From: Mytilus edulis
Lineage: Eukaryota
Direction: 5' to 3'
Length of the DNA: 64,000 nucleotides
Assembly: GCF_963676685.1 (NCBI RefSeq)
Contig: NC_092346.1
Span: 48,484,001-48,548,000, forward strand
Shown here: piece by piece, positions 1 to 11,900 of the stretch
How the letters are laid out: each line of letters begins with the position of its first letter
Position numbering within the stretch: the stretch's first letter is position 1
The notes under the pieces: model-generated
What the model saw: only the letters and a program-made list of their open reading frames with translations
Database searches by the model: none
Told to the model about the DNA's origin: nothing
Program-made: the position numbers and the translations under genes

Positions 1-1577
1 CTTCTTGTCCTTGAATGTGAATTACTGTATGTGATCTATCACCAAACGTTCACTTGCATGAGTAACACAACCGGTGTCACCTGTTAAGCAGGATCATCCA
101 TAACACCTGAAATCACCGGTTGTGTGTGGAGTAAGTGTTGCATAGTCTTTTCTATGATTTGTTTGTAGACTGATGTTAATTTTTATCTTCAACTCATGAG
201 TTTTAAAAAATCGTTTGATGAATTTTCCTCTCTATCGTTAAATTTGTACAGGCTGAGGTAAATAAGGGCAACAATAGTATACCGTTATTCAAAAGTCAAA
301 AATCGATTGCGATGAAACAAATCAGGATTACAAACTAAAACTGAGTGAAAAACATCAACCAAACCTTATAACAATCTAATATTTTATCAAAGTAGAAATA
401 AATACATAGCTTAGTTTAAAGTTTGTGTTTTATAAGAGCCCAACTGAGTAGTTTTATCTATACGTAACGTGAGTTTTGCGTTTTCAAATTATAAGCCTGG
501 TATATCTGATGAATTGCGACAACCGGTGTCGATGTTGGCTTCAGCATTCCAGTTATAAATAGTAATGAGTAAAAGATGAAAGTATAGTTAGTTAATTTCA
601 TATCTACAAACAAACAAAATCAAATTATTTGAAACACTTAATTTTCTACCAATGGAATAGTTTGCCGAAACCGTTTTTTCGTTTTACAAATTTTTATTTG
701 ACTATTTTGATTAAGGCGTACACACTTATTATTACGATTTATAAATCGACAATATTTATCTTTAATTCTTATAGTCTAGATCTTCATTGGACACTCATAA
801 TGATTTCTCTTTGTCTGTGAGTCAACCTAATATAAAAGTCTGCTAGATTTGGATATAACACTTCACACATTGTTAATGTTCCTTGATTAGACTGTTGATG
901 GTTGTTTTTCTTCTTTCTGTAGGAATGCATGATTCACATCAAGTTTGCAAAGTCCATGGATGGAGTGGGGTTAAACGTTATTTTTTATTAACTGGTAAAT
1001 GTTAAAGAGATATTCTTAACTATGAAAATACTTATAAAGTTTTAATAAAATATTTCATAGATACAACACCTATTTGATATAGACGGTTGGCTGTAGATTT
1101 AAAAATCATACGACAAACGGAATATGGCGTTCGAATTGTTACGGTCACTTACGAAGTTTACTTAAGTTAGATCCATATAAACCTATGGATCTTTTGAATA
1201 CACTTATTTGTAAAAGTAATCAACTTAAACCTGCATTAAGATCTTTGGATATTGTCCTTGTCGATACTCAAATTGATTTTGAAAACTGCATTTTATACTG
1301 TTATGAACAATACTTAAATTTTGACTAGCACAAATGCATGTCTTTCTTAGATTATCAATAATGTCTTGACACCATCCCTTGGTTTTTTTTCACTTTATTT
1401 GGTGGCTTAACGATTAATGTTAAGGTTTTCTATTGTGAAAGTCTTATACATTATCTCGAGATCCTCTGATCTCAGGTCAGTATTCGATCTTATAAGACTC
1501 ATTAGGGAGGAAGATTGAAAGTTGCCAGAAAAGCAAAACCAATAAGGAATGAAAAATTACCTTGTGATTGTTTGTGT

Positions 1578-2348
1578 TAAATAAAGGCAACAGTAGTATA
1601 CCGCTGTTCAAACTCATAAATCCATAAACAAAAAACAAAATCGGGGTTACAAACTAAAACTGAGGGAAACGCATTAAATATAAGAGGAGAACAACGACAC
1701 AACACTACAATGTAACACACACAGAAACGGACCAGGCAACAGACAAAATCCCACGAGAATAACAAATATAACATCGAAACCAAATACATGAATTTGGGAT
1801 AGACAAGTACCGTGACACGTCTTATCGCAATGTGAATTTACACTCAAAAATAAGAGAAAACAATCGACGCAACGTTAAAATGTAACACATACAGAAACGA
1901 ACTATAATATAACAATGGCCATATTCCCGACTTGGTACAGGACATTTTTAAAGAAAAATGGCGGGTTGAACCTGGTTTTGTGGCATGCCAAACCTCCCCT
2001 TTTATAGCCATGTGAAATATAACATTAAGATGATAACTCAACACCACAGGACTACAATATAAATAAATTGGAGAATACAATTGACAAAGAAACACACGAA
2101 CAACAGCCAACAAAAGGCAACAAGTTGAAAATTTTAATACGCCAGAAGTGCATTTTATCCACACAAGATCTACTAGTGATGCCCAGATACAAAAGTTTGA
2201 AAGCCGAAACAAGCACAAAGTCGAACAGCATCGAGGACCAAAAGATCAAAAAAGTTGTGCCGAAAACGGCCAGGGTTTTATGTTTGTTACCAGAACATCC
2301 TTATCATTTAGAATAATTTATACTTTTGCAAACAGTAAATTTATAAAA
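1578..2348 (-). mobile_element. Interspersed repeat (family P3) containing a decayed retrozyme/hammerhead segment
   Basis: Reverse complement of ~25105-25875; 2135-2345 aligns with the 355-bp retrozyme unit; short ends also at ~260-355, ~23345-23440 and ~40586-40753. Confidence 0.75.
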
Positions 2349-2464
2349 TTAAGTTCACAATTAAATGAAATAGATAACTATAAACTCTAAAATACTATTG
2401 GTCAAGGGGTAAATTTTGTTAAATATTTACTCGGTTAATCGTCTATCAAATAAAAAAAGAGCTA

Positions 2465-2520
2465 TACAATAAAATGTTTTTATTTAATAACATAATTCCA
2501 TATACAATATAGAGGTATTC
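2465..2520 (-). other. Gene A terminal non-coding exon with polyadenylation signal
   Basis: TTGTAG acceptor at 2521-2526; sequence conserved with 30306-30351 of gene B; AATAAA at 2479-2484 (minus). 3' end approximate. Confidence 0.7.
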
Positions 2521-2895
2521 CTACAATAAAAAGAAAAAGAATATCAGTATGCAAATAAATTTCTGTACAAACATTCAATAACATTGCAGAGAAAACAGTT
2601 CATATATGACTTTTAAAGCAACTACAGCTTCTTACAGTGATAAAGATACTAGTACTTGAGACATATCATACCGGCAAAATGTATAGTAAACAAAACGACT
2701 TGTGTAGGATGGAATTAGGTGTGGTCTTATGTTCGTTTTTATGGTCACTTCCAAATGGGTAAAAATGTTGGTATTTTTTTTCTCGCTAATTATCGTTTAT
2801 GCCACAAGGAAGTGTGTTTAACATTGTTATTTAGAATAATAGATAAATTGTATTTGGTATTGTGTTAAATAATAATAAAATGATCATGTCTTACA

Positions 2896-2948
2896 TTAGT
2901 ACACTTTTTCTTTGACCGCTGGTTCGTATCCATCCTCTTCATCATATC
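2896..2948 (-). CDS. Gene A exon 20 (acidic C-terminal tail, stop)
   Basis: GYDEEDGYEPAVKEKVY*, followed 1 nt later by a GTAAGA donor. Confidence 0.82.
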
Positions 2949-5900
2949 CTAATTGTTAAAAAAAATGTCAATTATAGCAATAACTGATTACGTACAATTT
3001 TTTGTTTCTTATGTTTATGCAATATACAAATTTTGCAATGCATGCGTAAAGATTATAAGTTTTATAAAGAAGTTTCAATAAGAATTTTTCATAACTTTAC
3101 AGTGCATGCTGTTGAAATCTAGTTAGGGACAACAGCAAATGCATGTAATCAGGCTCCTTAAAAAATATAAACAGTCAATAACACAAGAAAAGCCCGTTAA
3201 ACATATTTCCATTCAAATATACATGAAACCGAGTTATATATTCCAAGAAAAACAACCTTACAGTTCACGTGGGGTGTATGTTGACCAAACCTTCTATAAA
3301 TTCTGTAAATGGTATATGTATAAACATAAAAAATATGTGTTTTACCGTCGGTATATAGATCAAACAGGCGCCTTTTCTTTAGTTTTCCAAAGCATACGCT
3401 TCTACTATGATAATGTGAATAGCAATGACTCCAATACCTCCAGAATCGTTTATCACCACATGCCAGTTGGTATGCTACAAATAAATTACATGATACATAT
3501 TGTTAACCACAACTTAATATTAACGATTTTCGCAGTAACATAATAACGCGAATATAAATTGTAGGTAATATGGTAAACATTAATCTTCCCTAATGTAACA
3601 CATCTAGAATTTTTATTTTAAAATTTTTACAATGCTTGTTGTTTAGTTTATTTTTGACAAGTGCAGCTATATCTAACCAGGTATAAAAAAAATAACCCAT
3701 GCATGCGTCTATTTTTGTAGTAAAGTATATATCTTTTCTATTTGAGATTAAGTTTATATGGATACGACTTTCATAAGTATCTTATATTCAGTGTTAATTT
3801 GAGATATTAAAAAGACTGTCAGTTCGAGGAAAACACGAGATGGGATGTATATGATTAATATATAATTTACTTTTTACAATGAAGTATTATTTTAAAACAG
3901 TTTGAAAAGGCACGTAATATAAATGATGAATTGCATATTTCGTATCTAGTAATAATTCGCCAATTTGCATATTTCGTTTCTAGTAATAATTCGCTGATTT
4001 GCATTAAAAGTTAGACAGGTTTAATATGATGAGCGACATTTATTTTCTAAATGAGAAATTATATTGGAAGTAAAGACACGACCCTGTGACGTGCAGAGAA
4101 TGTAAATACTTTTTATTTGAAATATTAACATTGTTATAGCATTTGTAGGCATGTTGAAGTAACAATTATTGTGGACGTTAATATTTTTTGGTCAATTCAA
4201 TTGTTTTGATCAGTTGTTCTTACCTTTGCCACCATATGAAAATCTGTGCTGTCTGATTTTAAATCCATGATATTTCTTGTAGTAATCTATGTAACGTACA
4301 TGCCTGTGACTGTGTCTATGACGATAAGCATAACTATGTTTCTTGAGATTATACTCGTGTTTCTTATGGAGATGTCTCACGTTCAACTCATGCTTCTTGT
4401 TTTGATACTGACGTGTATTCAAATGCCTCTTATGTTGATGTTCAACAGTTGACAAATGATGTTTTGTGTGTTTGTGGAGTCGTTTAACATGATAATCTAC
4501 GAGTTGTTTAAATCTATTTATATGACTTCTAGCCTCGTTTGCAATTCTGCTGACGTGTTTGTTAGCCTGGTGTTGAATGTGGCGAACATGTTTATTTGAT
4601 ACATGAGATATTCTCGCTACATGACTCTTGGCTACTCTATGGATTCTTCTTGTATGGTGATGAGCAATTTGTCTGTGCCGGTACAGGTGCTTTCTCAGAG
4701 CATGATGGTCTGTAAAACGATAAATAAAATATATGTACTGATAGTAATGATTATTGTGGGTAAATTTACGATATTTCAATTATGTTTTAAGATATCAGAA
4801 TTAATAGAATAACGAAAAATAATAACCCGATTAAAAATTGATTTCGTGATGAAATAATCGTCAATGTCAAATACCTTAATTGCTTGTGATGATAGTTATC
4901 AATGCATATTGATATGTAAAATGGTAGTAAAATCGTAGATTTCCGCACTCTTAAATTTATTTTAAAAAGTAAAAAAAATTTAGAAATTCAAAATATAAAA
5001 AAAGGATAAGAATCATATGTAATGTGTCTTCGATAAAGTCTTTAAGCAATGCAGAATTAAACGTATTTAGTTTCAATTTACGTTTGAACATTTATCTCCA
5101 ATGAATCTATAAAAGAGAAGATAATTTTTCATAAAATGTATATTTTGAACTGAAATTATGAATAAAAAAAGTATAAAAAATCAAACAAAAATAATAGTAT
5201 AAGCAACAAATACGAATATATCTCCTGTCATATAAAGTTTAAAGTACATACGTCTAACGTATCTATAGAAGAGATGATGTCTTCCTAGTCGTCTAAAACA
5301 GGTCCCTACACTATGATAACGATGATAACATTGTCCCCAGTGTCTATAGAATCGGCTTCTGCTACATTTCAGTTTGTATGCTGCAATTAAAAAATGTCTT
5401 TTTTTCAAAACTGTCGAATGCTTGAAATGTCCTGAAGAGGATTGTCAAATAAGACAGCTCAATGAAAAAAAGTTAAAATATATGAAAAAACTACTAAAAA
5501 GTATACTACAAACATTCATTACGAGTTGTGTAAATAAATCACAATTTAAAAAGTATCGTGTATGAAATGTAAAATATGAATTATAAGTTATTAATATTCT
5601 TATGTTTTCATACTATTTGCAAATGGCTTTGTGTTCTTTGTTTACAAATAAACATACATTCTGGACAAATTGCGGATCACTGCTATGAATATAAACGACC
5701 AAAATGGTTACTGTGTTAATATTTCCGCCATTGACGTTATCCCTTTGAAAATATTTAAGTATTTTTAAATTCGCTCACCAATTCCGTTGTATGAAAATCT
5801 ATGATGTCTTATTCTGAATCCATGATGGCTATAGTAGTAACTACGGTCATATATAGGCCCGGAACTGTAACCAATTTCGGAATAATCTTCTACATAATGA

Positions 5901-8900
5901 TAAACATAATAGTTAAACTCAATGATGGAAAGGTTTTAAAGCATGTTTTCAATGTTTCGATGTAATCATTCACAATTAAATATTTAATGTATACCAGTTT
6001 TTTCATATTAACCAGCATCCAGTTTTAATTTCACGGAGAACATTTTGAACAAAATTTATCCTCAGAATAAATGTTTCGTTACGGTTTTTTTTTTCTTGGT
6101 TCATGTCGAAAAATACAGTAAGGTTAAAAAAACGTGGACAACTAACTGTTAAATATAATAGGACCAACATTTCATCGAATTTGTAAATGAAACAAGAATA
6201 ACAAAGAAAATACATGCTTAAGGTGGAACCTAACACTACAGGCATAAAATCTGTAAAATCAGATAAACGTTTTAATTACGTTGTGTTGTAAAGGGTATAT
6301 TAAGCTTCTCAATGATCAAAATTAGGCCGTGTTCACACCAAACTCCATGTACAGTAAACTTGTTTACAATTAGTGTAATGCACTGGACATTGGTTTCACA
6401 TTAAATTTGTTCACATCTATACACCTTGTTTAATTACCTGTGCATAAGATTTGTTCACACTTGTAAACTCTATGTCATTTAAATGTTCATTACGTAGAAT
6501 CGAATGAAAAGTTTTCGAACAACTTTTCTAGCAGTAAGGGAACGACCATTTGACTCTGAATAGGGGGAATGGAAATATTCCGATCCCCAATTGGATAAAG
6601 AAAACAATTGTGGTTCTACAGATGATAAAAAATATTGTGAATCAAGAGTTTCCCCATACATGATAGAGTTAAATGTAACAGTTTGAAGAAAAAAAATTTG
6701 ATTACCAGCATCGAAAAAAAAACCCGGAATAAAACGTTTGCACGGAAATAATTCTGACTCAGATAAATAAACAAAATACCCCCCCCCCCCTCTTTTTTTT
6801 AAAGTTATGTGGTTGCTTCTTTATGAAAGCCATTTTGATGATTTGCAGTAGTTTAAAGATACTAAAGATGTCTCGATTCAACATTAGAAAACGTAGGCTG
6901 GAACAGCGTGCTTACAGACGAAGAGGGAGGATTGATATATTAGGGATCACTATATTTCTATCTTTTCTGTTTGTTCAAATGGTACTCTTCTCCAAGAAGT
7001 ATTTGGCAAAAGGGTGGGGGGTAATTTTTTTTTTAACTTTAACTAAGTGTAATTTCAAGGATCCGAGATACTACACATACAATACATTTACCTCACACTT
7101 TTTAAGTAATCCATTTATGAGTGAACCGCTGTTTGAGTAAAGACCAGTGGCAAATATTTCTGTGTAAGTCAAATTTATTCGGAAAGACCTTAATTTTCAA
7201 ATGAATTATGTGTTCGGCAATGATGCTGCTTTGAGTCTTGATAAGGGCTTTATAAAGCTACGTTAAGTTTTATTTCTAAACAAAACAATTAAATATATCA
7301 AGTTTAGACAAATATTTATGTAAGTAACTTTATAATAATTGCTATAAATATCCATTGTATTTAAAAATCGTTTCTTCTTTAAATATGCACGATGAAACTA
7401 ATGTTTTGAATGCCTATTTTTATGTACACTTAATCTACACAAGGCCTACATCGAGTATCGATTGCATGTAGACAAAACATGAATTACACTACATGTAAAC
7501 ATTGAGTTTGATCAATGGGAACTTAATTTTGTTTAGTTTACGTGTGAGTTACACTTACACAACACCGAGTTTAGGTCAATGGGAACACGGCCTTAGTGTA
7601 ATTTTTCTGATAAAATAGTAGGTTCAAATTTTATGAAATTTTTATATTTTTGTCATAGGGTGAAAGTGAATACATTGTAAAAATTTTATGAAAATTCAAC
7701 GAGCCAAATTAATCTTAGTGAAGGTGTTTGGTACCACCTTAAGGCCGTGCGCTGAAGTAAAGTCATTTTGTCTCTTGCGGAGAGTTGTCTCATTGACAAT
7801 TATACCACAGTTTTTTTATATATATATTTAAACTGTCATTTAATAGTATACCTCCGCCGTATCTATAGAATAGATGTTGTCGATGTAGCCGTCCAAAGCA
7901 GCTTCCTACACTGTGGTATCGGTGATAACATTGACCCCATAGTCTGTAAAATCGGCTTCTTCCACATTTCAGTTTATATCCTGAAGTTTTAGAGATTTTC
8001 ATTTCCAGATGTTTATACTAAAATACTACTGAATTTCTCAAACGAGTAAGTTATATGAATTAAGATGAAATATGAAGATCATTTTCAATTTTTTACTATT
8101 ATTTCTAGCATTGCATTTAAATGGAAATTGTATAGGAATGTACGATTTACCCTCTAATATACTTTACACATAAAAAAAAGAATTTCCTAATATTTTAAGA
8201 TTCGCTTACCAATTCCGCCATACGTGAATTGATTATTTCTAATGGTAAATCCATGATGGCTCTTGTAATAAGCAAAGTCATATGTAATTCCGCTGCTATA
8301 ACCAGCTCCGTACGCACTGTGAGTTACACTTGAGTAACCTGCTAATTATATAAAACCAGAAAATTCAAAATTGATATTAAAAAGAGCTGACAAAAAAAAT
8401 CACATGTTACTAATCGTTTGATAAACATATTGATTCTGAAAAGAGTGACGAAAGACACCAAAGGGACAGTTAAACTCATAAATCGAAAATAAACTGACAA
8501 CGCCATCGCTAAAAATGAAAAAGACAAATAGACAAACAATAGTACACATGACACAACATAGAACAATTTAAGAATAATCAACACGAACCCCACCAAAAAC
8601 TAGGAGTGATCTCAGGTGATCCGGAAGGGTAAGCAGATCCTGCGCCACATGTGGCACCCGTCGTGTTGCTTATGTGATAAAAAATCTGGTAAAAAGTCTA
8701 ATTCGGTAGGTCAAATTCATGAAAGGGAAGGGGATTGTAGTTACGACGTAAGGAACATATCCGATATCATTTGTGAAACGGTTATTCCATAACGGTCAAC
8801 CAACTCGTGATGAGGTCCCTAAAATTAACGATGGGACGATTTCAACTTCACCATTTGGAACTCTTGGTTTAATAGCTTTCTCTAACTTTCATATAAAATA

Positions 8901-11900
8901 ATAAAACAAAATACAAATAAATACTTTGTGCATGCATTAAATTTCTGTCTTTTTACCACTTTTAAAACAAATTATCTATTTAGCAATCACGACTAAAAAA
9001 ATATTTTTCCCTCGAATTTAAAAAAAACATCAGTACCTTTATTCTTATTTAAACAGATATCACTCAAATCACTATTTTGAAACCAATGATGTAAAAATAT
9101 TTGGCAGCAAAATGAAATTAATATACTCTAAAGAATAGCCTAATGTTCACCTAAGGGCATTTATGTTTTAAACCAAAACAAAATACTTCAGTTTTAAACT
9201 TTAATTTGTATGTGGTATACATGATATATTTAATATGATTACCATTGTAATATGAAAACAGATGTTTTCTTCTTAGGTATCCAAAACATCTACCAACACT
9301 ATGGTATCGACCATAACATCTGTTCCAATAACTGTAGAAACGTCTCTTACTGCAACTCAGTTTGTAATCTATGTGAAATAAAGACACGAAAAGTAAGAAC
9401 ATACCAATGGGCAACAAAAATTTTAAGCACAACTAATATAGAAGAAAAATCTAAATTACAATTTACAAAAACGCCGCAGGGAAATATGTTTCTATCTGCC
9501 AATCATCTAAGCCAGTTGGAATGAGAATGTTTTAAATGCCTGGCAATCGCCTGTCTTTATGATGAGTTCTAGCCATACATTATTGGAGAATGGACAAATT
9601 TTCAATCATTTTTAGAATCTTTTTAAGAGAAAATCAAGCTTTCCATGGACGAAATCACGAAGACATTGCTATCAATGGCCGTATAATTGTGACATGTACC
9701 TACTACTACATATATAGATTGAACATTTAAAAATTACTCAACTTTTCACAAACTTCTTTATTTCGGCGAAAAGTGATAGATGTATAAAAAAACTTCGAAC
9801 ACTTTTTTCTCAATCTTTTCAATAAAATAAAATACACATTTATATTCATATATAAATGAGTTATAAACTGTATATATATATATACATGTATATATTATAT
9901 CTATACTATTAAACGAGAAGACCTCATTTTGGGTGTCGCTTCTCTTCCTTCCACAATAAATCAATCATCATGCCTCTGTGTCCTATAGGTAACATGCATA
10001 GTCGCATTTGTCATCCATTCTTATGATTATTCAGATTGAGTTATTTTGGGAGAAAAACGACAAAAAAGGAGTCCGGATATGATTCCGTCATCAGACTGAC
10101 TTTTAGTCATAGATAAGACTTCCGGTTTGAAACATGCACAAACACAACCAATCGTATGATAGATAACAAAAAATCAAAAATAAATAAGCCTATCAAATCG
10201 TTCTCCATGTCATGGTGTTTAGATCGCAAGAACCACAACTATTATACCTCCTTATAAAGGACAATTATTTTTCGCGTTTATCTACATGTAAACTACGATT
10301 ATACTACTTTAATATAGAGACTCTCTGTATTCTGTCTACTGTTTTTCCTTCAATTGTTTACTATTTAAGGGGTCATACCAGTTGCATATATATTAAAATA
10401 AGTAAAACATGTGACACATTTAAAAAAAACAATCGTATGATAGATAACAAAAATGAAAAATAAATAAGCCATTCAGAGCGTTCTCCATATCATGGTGTTT
10501 AGATAGCAAAAATAACAACTATTATACCTCCTTAGAGAGGACAATTATTTTTTGCGTTTCATTTCATGGTGTAAAGATCGCAAGAACCACAACTATTATA
10601 CCTCCTTAAAGAGGACAACTATTGTTCGCGTTTATCTACATGTAAACTACGATTATACTACTTTAATATATAGAGACTCTCTGTATTCTGTCAGGGACTT
10701 TCTATGTTAGTATAGAAAGTCCCTGATTCTGTCTACTGTTTTCTTTGAAATGTTTACTATTTAAGGGGTCATACCACTTACATATATATTAAAATAAGTG
10801 AAACATGCTTAACTTCATCTTAAACTACCTCGACCAAAAACTTTAACCTGAAGCCGGACTGACGGACGACCGACCGAACGAACGCACGGATGCACAGACT
10901 AGATGGGGCATAACAATTTATTGTTGAAAGTGAAAATAGTGATTTGGCAAAAATGAAAGTAAGCCGTAGAGATTAGAGGAGGCAGGGCCTTTTTCGGGCG
11001 TCGGGATCGGGTGTTTTGAAACTCGAGATTTGGGGATTGATCCTTACGGGATCCGGGAATATATTTTTCGATTTCGGGATTTCGGAATATGAATTTCTTT
11101 AAATTCTGCATCTCGGGATTTCGGGATCAGGACCCCTCCGACCACCCCTCAAATTAGCCTTAGTCGGTCTTAGTCATTTATACAAGATTCATATCCTACC
11201 ATTGGCATGTTAGTAAGACTCAAAAGAAAAAAAGCACTGATGGATTGTCCTTGAAGCATATTTTATTAGACTTATAATGGACTATATATAAGCAATTACA
11301 TTTATTTGATGTTTGAAATATAAGCAGTTACATTTATTTGATGTTTGAAACAGTGCAAATTTTTAATTTGATTTGACTTTTACCAAAAAAAGCATTGTAG
11401 CAAAAGAGACGAATAATTGTGGTCTGAGGCCAGAAACACGAAAATAATTGAATTTAACAGAAAGGAAACAAATATCGGACTTTGGAAAAAGGGAGAGGGC
11501 TTTTGATACCTTTTATGAAATTCTTCATACATAATATCTTTTTAAAAAATAATTCTACAATAGTTCACAAGCTGTATGTGCCCGCGATTTCGCGGGTGTG
11601 TTCTAGTATTTATTTATAATGTAACATTATTATTAACTTTTTGTTTTTATTTTATTATTTTTAAGTGATGAAGCGAATGGACACAACTTATCGTCAAAAT
11701 CAGTTCCAAATATATAATTTCATACGGTTATACAGTTTATCTTGTTTGTTGCTCTGTGTGTAAGAAATAGTTAATTCTTGCTTGTTTTTCATATGTATAG
11801 ATATATAAATGACTTACATTTTCCTCCGTATCTGAATCTCCCGTGGGAAATCTTAAATCTTCGGAAACGTGTGTACCCGGCAAGGTGCATGTGACCATGA

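Larger units (their letters stand above)
6222..7738. mobile_element. TTAA-flanked non-autonomous DNA transposon (Kolobok-like MITE)
   Basis: TTAA-GGTGGAACCTAACAC ... GTGTTTGGTACCACC-TTAA (13/15 TIR match). Confidence 0.7.
9900..11606 (+). mobile_element. Non-autonomous Helitron in a gene A intron
   Basis: A|TCTATACTATTAAA 5' end; CCCGCGA-TT-TCGCGGG hairpin at 11581-11596; CTAG|T 3' end; no TSD; both ends recur inverted at 23494-25886. Confidence 0.8.

Noticed and set aside
1844-2390. Cluster of overlapping 65-124 aa ORFs
   Set aside because: All lie in a dispersed repeat and are not conserved as ORFs in the second copy at 24922-25875.
3261-3302. Possible extra micro-exon in gene A (AG...GTAAGG)
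   Set aside because: The upstream intron would be only ~43 nt, the phase-1 frame hits TGA, and gene B has no counterpart.
3139-3543. 134-aa plus-strand ORF, and similar ORFs at 4246, 4603, 7768, 9252, 32495, 35635
   Set aside because: Antisense shadows of real minus-strand exons; no independent coding signal.
4224-4709. Assignment to mfp-4 or to preCol His-rich ends
   Set aside because: Lacks the HVHTHRVLHK-type decapeptide tandem and any Gly-X-Y collagen; periodicity is 11 and it is flanked by Cys modules.
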